From assembly GCA_965248355.1 (NCBI GenBank), contig OZ252098.1:1120001-1184000 (forward strand): a DNA stretch of 64,000 nucleotides, in the 5' to 3' direction. The notes under the pieces were generated by a model. The model worked only from the letters and a program-made list of their open reading frames with translations, was not told the origin of the DNA and did no database searches. This DNA comes from Candidatus Latescibacterota bacterium. Lineage in GTDB: Bacteria; Latescibacterota; UBA2968; UBA8231. Position numbers and translations under genes: made by a program. How positions within the stretch are numbered: position 1 is the stretch's first letter; each line of letters begins with the position of its first letter. Positions 56,356 to 64,000 of the stretch are shown piece after piece.

Positions 56356-57633
56356 TCAGAAGCGCAGCCTCAGCTCCGCCAGCGGCACGGGGCGGTCCAT
56401 CACCGCGCCCTCGCCGAGAAGGGCCTCCGTCTCCCGGGCCCGGTGGACGGCGTTGGCGGCCCGCACCTGGTCGCGCAGGTGGAGCAAGGAGGCGACCTTG
56501 GTCCAGGCGAGCAGAGGCATCCAGCCGGCCGCTCCATTCCTGCCGGTGGCCCACGCCGTGCCTCCGGCGATGGCGGTCACCCCGAGCATGGCGTATCCCT
56601 GCCCGAACTCGCCGGCGTAGAAGTAGCCGAACCCCGGCAACAGGGCCTCAAGGGTGAAGGCCAGGGCCGTCGACTTCGGAGGCCGGTACGGCGCCATCTG
56701 CTTCGGGATCCGGTGGACACCGATCTCCCGGGCCGAGCGGATCTCCGCCAGCGCATAGACGGCAGGCCGGAGCTGCAGCGGACCGATGACCTCGCGCACA
56801 CTCACCGTGTCGGCGGCCAGATCCTCCACCCGGATCTGCCGCATGCCCCCGGCCTCGAGGGTGATCTCACCCCAGAGGCCGTCGTTCTGCAGTTGCTCCA
56901 GGACCGTGCTTACTGTCTCCTGTCCGTCCTTATCCGCCCGCCCCGAGAGCTCAGCCTCGGTTGGCGCTTGTGCCAGTGGCAGTGGCTCTACAGGCCCTGC
57001 ATCCAAAAGCAAGGACCTTAGGTAGTTCACCTTGATGGCGTAGTTCAGGAGCCCTCCACCTGGAACTCCTCCTCTTGAAATACCGATTACCTCTCCAACT
57101 TCGTTCAAGACAGGCCCCCCGCTGCTACCATACCAAATCGAAGCATCTATCTGTAGATGTTTGGGATCAGTGCTGCTCACAATTCCCTTTGTAAATGTTG
57201 CCTCTCCTCCACCGCTTGGGTTGCCTACGGCGTAGACCGTTTCTCCCACCAGTACCGAATCGCTGTCGCCAAGGGTCAGCACCCGCGATCCCGTGCCTGA
57301 GATCTTGAGCACAACCAGATCCATTTCGCAATCGACCGCTATACGGCCTTCGATTTCGTGCTTGGTCTCCTGGCCGAAGAGCTTCGCGTATCCACGCACC
57401 ATACCCTTGACGACATGACAATTGCTAGCGATCTCACCTTCACCGATTAGGAAGCCACTGCCTTGGCCAACCTGTTGGCCATTAGCATTCTCAAGAACCA
57501 ACTGCACCGTGGACCCACGAGCCTTCTCTGCGATCTCCACCGCGGTGTCGCCGCCCTCCGCCGCATGCGCCTCCGCAAGTACGACTACCACACCGCACAG
57601 CAGCAGCAGCCAACTCCTGGTAGTTCGGGACAT
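56356..57633 (-). CDS. Exported trypsin-like (S1C) serine protease fused to a C-terminal membrane-associated domain
   Basis: AAGGAG RBS, signal peptide, GSGF, NCHV, DLVVL, GNP, GSSGGP triad; C-terminal KSTALAFTLEALLPGFGYFYAG segment. Confidence 0.8.
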   Translation of the reverse strand: MSRTTRSWLLLLCGVVVVLAEAHAAEGGDTAVEIAEKARGSTVQLVLENANGQQVGQGSGFLIGEGEIASNCHVVKGMVRGYAKLFGQETKHEIEGRIAVDCEMDLVVLKISGTGSRVLTLGDSDSVLVGETVYAVGNPSGGGEATFTKGIVSSTDPKHLQIDASIWYGSSGGPVLNEVGEVIGISRGGVPGGGLLNYAIKVNYLRSLLLDAGPVEPLPLAQAPTEAELSGRADKDGQETVSTVLEQLQNDGLWGEITLEAGGMRQIRVEDLAADTVSVREVIGPLQLRPAVYALAEIRSAREIGVHRIPKQMAPYRPPKSTALAFTLEALLPGFGYFYAGEFGQGYAMLGVTAIAGGTAWATGRNGAAGWMPLLAWTKVASLLHLRDQVRAANAVHRARETEALLGEGAVMDRPVPLAELRLRF

Positions 57634-57790
57634 TCCCATTCTCCTTTGAGCAGGTCTCCCTGCCGTTCCATCAATCGAGTGTAAGGGCTCCCCCGCGAAT
57701 GGGGCAAGTCCGCCCCCGGCCGGATCACCGGTCCGGCTCCGGCCCCGCTCACCTGCCACCCCCTCCCGCCACTTGCCTATCTTGGCCCGG

Positions 57791-59563
57791 ATGGAAGAGT
57801 CCACTACCGCCACGGGTCCCGCAGGCGTCGGCCCTCCCGACAACGGCCGCATCGTCCGCTTCCTGAAGCGCCACGCGGCGCTCATGGAGCTGGCGGGTCT
57901 CAACGCCTTCCGGGTGCGGGCCTTCGACAACGCGGCGCGCATGCTCGAGGAGCTGGAGGTCGACATCGCCGGGATGTCGTCCGCCGGGCGGCTGACCGAG
58001 ATCGACGGCATCGGCAAGGGGGTGGCGGAGTTCGTCGCCGAGTTCATCGACCGGGGCACCGCGGCGGCCTACGAGGACCTCACCGAGGTGGTCCCGGAGA
58101 CCTTGCTCGACCTCCTGCGCATCCCCGGCCTGGGCCAGAAGAAGGTGAAGGCCCTGTACGACGCCCTCGGCGTCGCCACCTTGGAGGAGCTGGAGGCCGC
58201 CTGCCGGGACGGCCGGCTGGGGGAGCTGCCCGGATTCGGCCCCCGGACCCGGGAGAACCTCCTGCGCGGTATCGCCGGCCTGGCCCGGTTCCGCGGCCGC
58301 TATCGGTACGACCAGGCCCTGGCCGACGCGCGGACCCTGCTGCAGGCGCTGCAGGCCCATCCGCGCACCATCCGCGCCAGCCTCGCCGGCAGCCTGCGCC
58401 GCCGCCGGGAGGTGGTCAAGGACATCGACATCGTCCTGAGCACCGAGTCCCCCGGAGAAGTGGGGGGCCTCTTTGCCGGACTCCCCGGCGTGGTGGAGGT
58501 GATCGCCCGGGGGGAGCGCAAGGTCTCGGTGCGCCTGGAGAGCGGCCTGCAGGCCGACTTGCGGCTCGTCGAGGACTCCCGTTTCCCCTCCATGCTCCAC
58601 CACTTCACCGGCAGCCGGGAGCACAACGTGGCCATGCGCTCCCGCGCCCTGGCCCGCGGCCTGCACCTGAACGAGTACGGCCTGTTCCAGGGGCGGGAGG
58701 GCGACGGCGAGCCCGTACCCTGCGAGCAGGAGGCGGATTTGTTCCGGGCCCTCGGCCTGAGCGAGGTGCCGGCGGAGCTGCGAGAGGGTCTCGGCGAGGT
58801 GGAGGCGGCGGCGGCCGGAGAGCTTCCCCGCCTGCTGACGGCCGCGGATGTTCGGGGCCTGCTCCACGTCCACACGCGCGCCTCGGACGGCGTCGACACC
58901 CTCGAGGGGATGGTCGACGCCGCGCGCCGGCGGGGCTACGAGTACGTCGCCATCTGCGATCACTCCAAGTCGGCGGGCTACGTGTACGGCATGAAGGAGG
59001 CCGACGTGGAGGCGCAGCACCGCGAGATCGACGCCCTGCAGGCGGAGCGCTCCGACATACGCATCCTCAAAGGCATCGAATCCGAGGTGCTGCGAGACGG
59101 CTCCCTCGACTACGACGACGAGTTCCTGGGCCGCTTCGATCTGGTCGTGGCGGCCGTGCACAATGCCATGGGCATGGACGAGCTCGAGCTGACCCGCCGC
59201 GTCGTGCGGGCGGTGGAGCATCCGGCCACGTCGATCCTCGCCCACCCCACCGGCCGGATCCTGCTGGAGCGCGACGGCCATCCCCTCGATCTGGAGGAGG
59301 TCCTGGCCGCCGCCGCGGCCCATGGCGTGGCCCTGGAGTTGAATACCCATCCCGCCCGGCTCGACCTCGACTGGCGCTGGTTGCGCCGGGCCCGCGATCT
59401 CGGCGCGCGCATCGCCGTCAACACCGACGCCCACAAGATCGCCGACCTCGACAACCTCGGCCTCGGTGTCGGCATCGCCCGCAAGGGCTGGCTCACGCCC
59501 CCGGACGTGATCAACACCCGGGCCGTGGACGACCTGCTGAGCTGGTCCCGCCGGAGCACCTGA
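57791..59563 (+). CDS. polX: DNA polymerase X / PHP exonuclease
   Basis: GIGKG and PGLG HhH motifs, GSLRR, KDIDI, DLR, FTGSREHN, LNEYGLF; PHP HVHT, DH, AHPTGR, NTDAH. Confidence 0.95.
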   Translation: MEESTTATGPAGVGPPDNGRIVRFLKRHAALMELAGLNAFRVRAFDNAARMLEELEVDIAGMSSAGRLTEIDGIGKGVAEFVAEFIDRGTAAAYEDLTEVVPETLLDLLRIPGLGQKKVKALYDALGVATLEELEAACRDGRLGELPGFGPRTRENLLRGIAGLARFRGRYRYDQALADARTLLQALQAHPRTIRASLAGSLRRRREVVKDIDIVLSTESPGEVGGLFAGLPGVVEVIARGERKVSVRLESGLQADLRLVEDSRFPSMLHHFTGSREHNVAMRSRALARGLHLNEYGLFQGREGDGEPVPCEQEADLFRALGLSEVPAELREGLGEVEAAAAGELPRLLTAADVRGLLHVHTRASDGVDTLEGMVDAARRRGYEYVAICDHSKSAGYVYGMKEADVEAQHREIDALQAERSDIRILKGIESEVLRDGSLDYDDEFLGRFDLVVAAVHNAMGMDELELTRRVVRAVEHPATSILAHPTGRILLERDGHPLDLEEVLAAAAAHGVALELNTHPARLDLDWRWLRRARDLGARIAVNTDAHKIADLDNLGLGVGIARKGWLTPPDVINTRAVDDLLSWSRRST

Positions 59564-59652
59564 GCCCGAGGGACGCTTCCCGCCACGACGCCCTCGGCCC
59601 AGGAGGACGATCGCCGTCCACGGGATCGATCCCTCCGGGGAATTCATGGGTT

Positions 59653-59700
59653 ATATCAATATATCCTGATATTGACATTAACCGGAACCGCCGCTAGCTT
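59653..59700 (+). promoter_or_regulatory. metH promoter with an overlapping 20-bp palindromic operator (SahR-like)
   Basis: ATATCAATATATCCTGATAT (59653-59672) running into TTGACA (59672-59677) - 17 bp - TAGCTT (59695-59700); AT-rich island in GC-rich DNA. Confidence 0.75.
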
Positions 59701-59754
59701 CGACCGTCGGCTCAAGGTGGCAACCTCCTCTCCCCCAAGACCCTGGCTCACTTC

Positions 59755-62700
59755 ATGACGGCCCCATCAGGGACCACCCGGACGGACGCCGACCTCCACG
59801 GACTCCTGGCCGAGCGCATCCTCCTGCTCGACGGCGCCATGGCCACCCGGATCCAGGCTCTGGGGCTGACGGAGCAGGAGTTCCGGGGAGAGCGGTTCGC
59901 GGATCACCCCGCCGACCTGGCCGGTTGCAACGATCTGCTCTGCCTCACCCGGCCCGACGACGTGCGCCGCATCCACGCCGAGTACCTGGCGGCCGGCGCC
60001 GACCTCCTCACCACCAACACCTTCAACGCCACTCCCGTATCGCTGCAGGACTACGGGCTCGAAGGCCAGGTGGAAGAGATCAACGAGGCGGCGGCCCGGC
60101 TGGCGCGGCAGGCGGCCGCCGACGCCACCTCCAGGGATCCTTCCCGGCCTCGCTTCGTGGCCGGGTCGATCGGCCCCACGCGCACCACCCTCTCCCTGTC
60201 CCCCGACGTGGAGGATCCCGCCTTCCGGTCCCACGGCTTCGACGAGATCGCCGAGGGCTACCGCCTCCAGATCGAGGGCCTCGAGGCCGGGGGTGTCGAC
60301 GTGCTGCTGGCCGAGACCGTCTTCGACACCCTCACCCTGAAGGCCTGCCTCCACGCACTCCAGGACTTCTACGAGTCGGGCGGCCGGCGCCTGCCCCTGA
60401 TGATCTCGGTGACGGTCACGGACCGCAGCGGCCGCACCCTGTCCGGCCAGACCGTGGAGGCCTTCTGGCACTCGGTGGAGCAGGCGCCGGGGCTGCTCAG
60501 CATCGGCGTCAACTGCTCCCTCGGACCGGCCGATATGCGCGCCTACGTGGAGGAGCTGGCTCGACTCGCGCCGGTGTACGTCACCTGCCATCCGAACGCC
60601 GGGCTGCCGAACGAGCTCGGCCGCTACGAGGAGACCCCGGGCGAGGTCTCCTCCGTCCTCGGCCGGTTCGCGCGGGACGGTCTGCTCAACATGGTGGGCG
60701 GCTGCTGCGGAACAACGCCGAGGCACATCCGGGCCCTGGCCGAATCGGTGTCGGGGGTGGCCCCGCGGGAGCCGGCTGCGGCCATGGACCTCGCCCGCTA
60801 CAGCGGTCTGGAACCGCTGGTGGTTCACCGGGACTCGAGCTTCATCCTGGTCGGCGAACGGACCAACGTCACCGGCTCGCGCCGCTTCGCGCGCCTGCTC
60901 CGCGAGGGCGACTACGAAGGGGCCGTGGAGGTGGCGCGGCAGCAGGTCCAAGGCGGCGCCAACATCCTCGACGTGAACATGGACGAGGGGCTGCTCGACT
61001 CGGCCGCCATGATGCGGACCTTCCTGAACCGCATCGCCGGGGAGCCCGACATCGCCGCCCTGCCGGTGATGATCGACAGCTCCGACTTCGAGGTCATCGA
61101 GGCGGGCCTGCGCTGCGTGCAGGGCAAGGCGATCGTCAACTCCATCAGCCTGAAGGAGGGCGAGGAGGTCTTCCGCCGGCAGGCGCGCACCTGCCGGCGC
61201 TTCGGCGCCGCCGTGGTGGTCATGGCCTTCGACGAGCGCGGCCAGGCGGTCACCGTCGACCGCCGCCTCGAGATCTACGAACGGGCCTGGCGCATCCTCG
61301 TGGAGGAGGTCGGATTCGCCCCGGCCGACCTGATCTTCGATCCCAACATCCTCACCGTGGCCACGGGCATGGAGGAACACGACGAGTACGCCCGGGACTA
61401 CCTCGAATCCCTTCGCCGGCTGCGCCCTCTCTACCCCGGGGTCAAGCTGTCGGGGGGCGTGAGCAACGTCTCCTTCTCCTTCCGCGGCAACGACACCGTG
61501 CGCCGGGCCATGCACTCGGCCCTGCTCTTCCACGCGATCCGGGCGGGCCTGGACATGGGCATCGTCAACGCCGGCGAGCTGGTCCTGTACGAGGACATCC
61601 CCTCCGACTTGCTCGGGCTCGTGGAGGACGTGCTGCTGGCCCGGCGGTCCGACGCCACGGCCCGCCTGCTGGCCTTCGCCGCGGAGCTGAAGGAAGAAGG
61701 GGGCCCCCGCCCGGGGCCCGGGGAGGAAGCCTGGCGCCGGGAGCCGCTGGCGCAGCGCCTGGTCCACGCCCTGCTCCACGGACGCACGGAGTTCCTCGAG
61801 GAGGATCTCGAGGAGGCCCTGGACCGCTTCGACGAGCCCCTGAAGATCATCGAGGGGCCGCTCATGGACGGCATGAACCGCGTGGGAGACCTCTTCGGGG
61901 CGGGCAAGATGTTCCTGCCGCAGGTGGTCAAGTCGGCCCGGGTGATGAAGCAGGCCGTGGCCCGCCTGGAGCCCCTGATGGAAGACCCGCGGCGAAGCGG
62001 GCGGAAGGCCCCGAAGCGGCGCACGAAGATCGTGATGGCCACGGTCCGGGGAGACGTCCACGACATCGGCAAGAACATCGCCGGGGTCGTGCTGCGCTGT
62101 CACAACGTCGACGTCGTCGACCTGGGGGTGATGGTGCCGGCCGAGCGCATCCTCGACACGGCCCGGGACGAGGAGGCCGACCTGATCGGCCTCAGCGGCT
62201 TGATCACCCCCTCCCTCGACGAGATGGTCCACGTGGCCCGGGAGATGGAACGCAGGGGCTTCGAAGCTCCCCTGCTGATCGGCGGCGCCACCACGAGCCG
62301 CAAGCACACGGCGGTGAAGATCGCCCCCGCCTTCGGCGGCCCCACCCTGCACGTGGCCGATGCCTCGCGGGCCCCCGCCGTCGTCTCGGGGCTGGTCGGC
62401 CCCGAACGCCAGGCCCTCATCGAGGAGAACCGTTCCCGGCAGGCGAGGGCCCGCGCCGCCTTCGAGGCCGGTTCCGGTGGCGGCGACCTGGTCTCCATCG
62501 AGGAGGCCCGGGAGCGCCGCCTGCACCTCGATTTCGGAGCGGACGAGGTGGCGGTGCCGCGGTTCACGGGCCTGCGCACACTCGATCCGCCGGTGGAGGA
62601 GGTGGCCGGGTACATCGACTGGGGGCCCTTCTTCCACCTGTGGGACCTGCGCGGCCCCTATCCCGCCATCCTGGAGGCCGACGACGAGCGGGGAGAGCAG

Positions 62701-63489
62701 GCGCGGGTCCTGTTTCAGGACGCCCGCAGCCTCCTGCAGCGGGTGGCGGAGGAGTCCTGGCTGCGGACCCGGGCGATCTACGGCCTGTTCCGCGCCGCCT
62801 CCGATGGCGACGACGTCACCGTCTGCGCTGACGGAGAGACGTCGAGGTCCCGCTTCCGATTCTTGCGGCAGCAGCGGCGCAAGCGGAACGACGAGGCCCC
62901 CATGTACTGCCTGGCCGACTTCGTGGCGCCCGAGGGAGCGGCCCGGGACCATCTGGGCGCCTTCGCCGTCACCGCCGGAATCGGGGCGGCGGAGCGCGCC
63001 GCCCAGCTGGAGTCACAGCACGACGACTACTCGGCCATCCTCCTCAAAGCGCTGGCCGACCGCCTGGCGGAGGCCCTGGTCGAGATGGTCCACGAGCGGA
63101 TCCGCCGGGACTGGGGCTACGGATCGGCGGAGCGGCTGTCCAGGGAGGACCTGATCCGGCAGCGCTACCGGGGCATCCGCCCGGCGCCCGGATACCCCGC
63201 CTGTCCGGACCACACCGAGAAGCGCCTGCTCTTCGGGCTGCTGGACGCGGAGACCGCCACCGGCATCCGCCTCACCGAGACCTGCGCCATGATGCCCGCC
63301 GCCTCGGTCAGCGGCCTCTGTTTCCAGCATCCGGCCTCCCGCTACTTCGCGGTAGGCCCGGTAGGACGGGACCAGGTCGGCGACTACGCGGCCCGCAAGG
63401 GGATCTCGCGGTCGGAGGCCGAGACCTGGCTCGGTCCGAGCCTGGCCTACGATCCGGCGCGGATAGCCCCCGAAGGAGCCGGGAGATGA
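59755..63489 (+). CDS. metH: Cobalamin-dependent methionine synthase
   Basis: [68 protein letters not shown]. Confidence 0.97.
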   Translation: MTAPSGTTRTDADLHGLLAERILLLDGAMATRIQALGLTEQEFRGERFADHPADLAGCNDLLCLTRPDDVRRIHAEYLAAGADLLTTNTFNATPVSLQDYGLEGQVEEINEAAARLARQAAADATSRDPSRPRFVAGSIGPTRTTLSLSPDVEDPAFRSHGFDEIAEGYRLQIEGLEAGGVDVLLAETVFDTLTLKACLHALQDFYESGGRRLPLMISVTVTDRSGRTLSGQTVEAFWHSVEQAPGLLSIGVNCSLGPADMRAYVEELARLAPVYVTCHPNAGLPNELGRYEETPGEVSSVLGRFARDGLLNMVGGCCGTTPRHIRALAESVSGVAPREPAAAMDLARYSGLEPLVVHRDSSFILVGERTNVTGSRRFARLLREGDYEGAVEVARQQVQGGANILDVNMDEGLLDSAAMMRTFLNRIAGEPDIAALPVMIDSSDFEVIEAGLRCVQGKAIVNSISLKEGEEVFRRQARTCRRFGAAVVVMAFDERGQAVTVDRRLEIYERAWRILVEEVGFAPADLIFDPNILTVATGMEEHDEYARDYLESLRRLRPLYPGVKLSGGVSNVSFSFRGNDTVRRAMHSALLFHAIRAGLDMGIVNAGELVLYEDIPSDLLGLVEDVLLARRSDATARLLAFAAELKEEGGPRPGPGEEAWRREPLAQRLVHALLHGRTEFLEEDLEEALDRFDEPLKIIEGPLMDGMNRVGDLFGAGKMFLPQVVKSARVMKQAVARLEPLMEDPRRSGRKAPKRRTKIVMATVRGDVHDIGKNIAGVVLRCHNVDVVDLGVMVPAERILDTARDEEADLIGLSGLITPSLDEMVHVAREMERRGFEAPLLIGGATTSRKHTAVKIAPAFGGPTLHVADASRAPAVVSGLVGPERQALIEENRSRQARARAAFEAGSGGGDLVSIEEARERRLHLDFGADEVAVPRFTGLRTLDPPVEEVAGYIDWGPFFHLWDLRGPYPAILEADDERGEQARVLFQDARSLLQRVAEESWLRTRAIYGLFRAASDGDDVTVCADGETSRSRFRFLRQQRRKRNDEAPMYCLADFVAPEGAARDHLGAFAVTAGIGAAERAAQLESQHDDYSAILLKALADRLAEALVEMVHERIRRDWGYGSAERLSREDLIRQRYRGIRPAPGYPACPDHTEKRLLFGLLDAETATGIRLTETCAMMPAASVSGLCFQHPASRYFAVGPVGRDQVGDYAARKGISRSEAETWLGPSLAYDPARIAPEGAGR

Positions 63490-63544
63490 GGGGCGGCGCT
63501 CCGCAGCGGGTGCCCGCGAGGGCTGGAGCGGTGCTGCTCGTCCG

Positions 63545-64000
63545 TCAGCCGCCAGGCCCCGGCGACCTCTTGAGCCACGCGGGCAGGCGAATCCCCTCCG
63601 ACAGCCGCCAGGCCGTCAGGTAGAGGGAGGCGGTGAAGGCCACCGCCCGCCGGCCGCGCTCCTCGGCGAAGGCCCGGGCCGGCGCCGATACCGGGTCGAG
63701 CCCCCCCGCCAGGTCGTAGACCCTGTCCACCTGCCCGTTGCTCTCCAGGACCTGATCGCGCACGGCGGCGAACAACTCCCCCTCCACGGGGGCCACCTGC
63801 ACTCCCTTGGCCAGCTCCCCGGCGGTCAGGCCGATGCGCTCGATGAGGGAATCGACCTTCTCGTGAATGCCGGCGCCGGTCCGCGAGCCGTCATCGCCGA
63901 CGCGGCCGTTGTAGTGGATGGTGGCGTGCAGGGGCTGGACGATGTCCTCGGCGTAGTGGGCGAGGAACCCGGCGTAGACCAGGCACTTGGCCTGGATCGC
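63545..64000 (-). CDS. S1/P1 nuclease / Zn phospholipase C-like protein, C-terminal part (5' end outside window)
   Basis: Frame open to the window edge: AGFLAHYAEDIVQPLHATIHYNG...GIHEKVD. Confidence 0.7.
   Translation of the reverse strand, partial: AIQAKCLVYAGFLAHYAEDIVQPLHATIHYNGRVGDDGSRTGAGIHEKVDSLIERIGLTAGELAKGVQVAPVEGELFAAVRDQVLESNGQVDRVYDLAGGLDPVSAPARAFAEERGRRAVAFTASLYLTAWRLSEGIRLPAWLKRSPGPGG

Noticed and set aside
57791..59563. Possibly inactive (non-canonical) PolX
   Set aside because: The catalytic aspartates (DID and DLR) and PHP metal ligands appear intact, so it looks canonical.
59700..59754. SAM or cobalamin riboswitch ahead of metH
   Set aside because: The leader is only about 50 nt after the predicted promoter and lacks recognisable conserved riboswitch elements.

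Overview
High-GC (roughly 70% by eye) bacterial chromosome segment from a diderm organism. Gene content and order suggest an FCB-related lineage such as Latescibacterota or Gemmatimonadota; this is inference only. From left to right: tRNA-Arg(CCT); a complete 12-gene alternative complex III (actABCDEFG) + SCO + A2-type caa3 cytochrome c oxidase operon behind a near-consensus sigma70 promoter; a minus-strand run of decayed mgtE, glgC, cytochrome c, a second SCO, HupE/UreJ, ppgK and an orphan groES; SDR + rmlA; an IS630 element with an internally deleted transposase; trpBA, a 4-domain S1 protein, qor, an LMF-family protein and a sulfatase-like hydrolase; a histidine phosphatase-glcD-glcF-mutarotase-serC operon; pepA-dcd; a lower-GC frameshifted GT-C/TPR gene next to a dipeptidase remnant; M32 carboxypeptidase, an enolase-superfamily enzyme and a TIM-barrel epimerase. 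A long minus-strand run follows: a chimeric S1 protease, a DapF with both catalytic Cys changed to Ser, SprT/DUF2786, a POTRA-less peptidase/beta-propeller/Omp85 protein with a BamB-like gene and two envelope genes, then yicC, an archaeal-type cmk (where gmk usually sits), coaBC, udg and dnaB. The window ends with polX-PHP, metH (with a SahR-like operator on its -35 box) and a partial S1/P1 nuclease. The best candidates for undescribed biology are the non-canonical Omp85 envelope module, the Ser/Ser DapF, the archaeal CMK in the gmk slot and the chimeric protease. No CRISPR array or rRNA was seen. All family assignments come from motif recognition by eye, not database searches.
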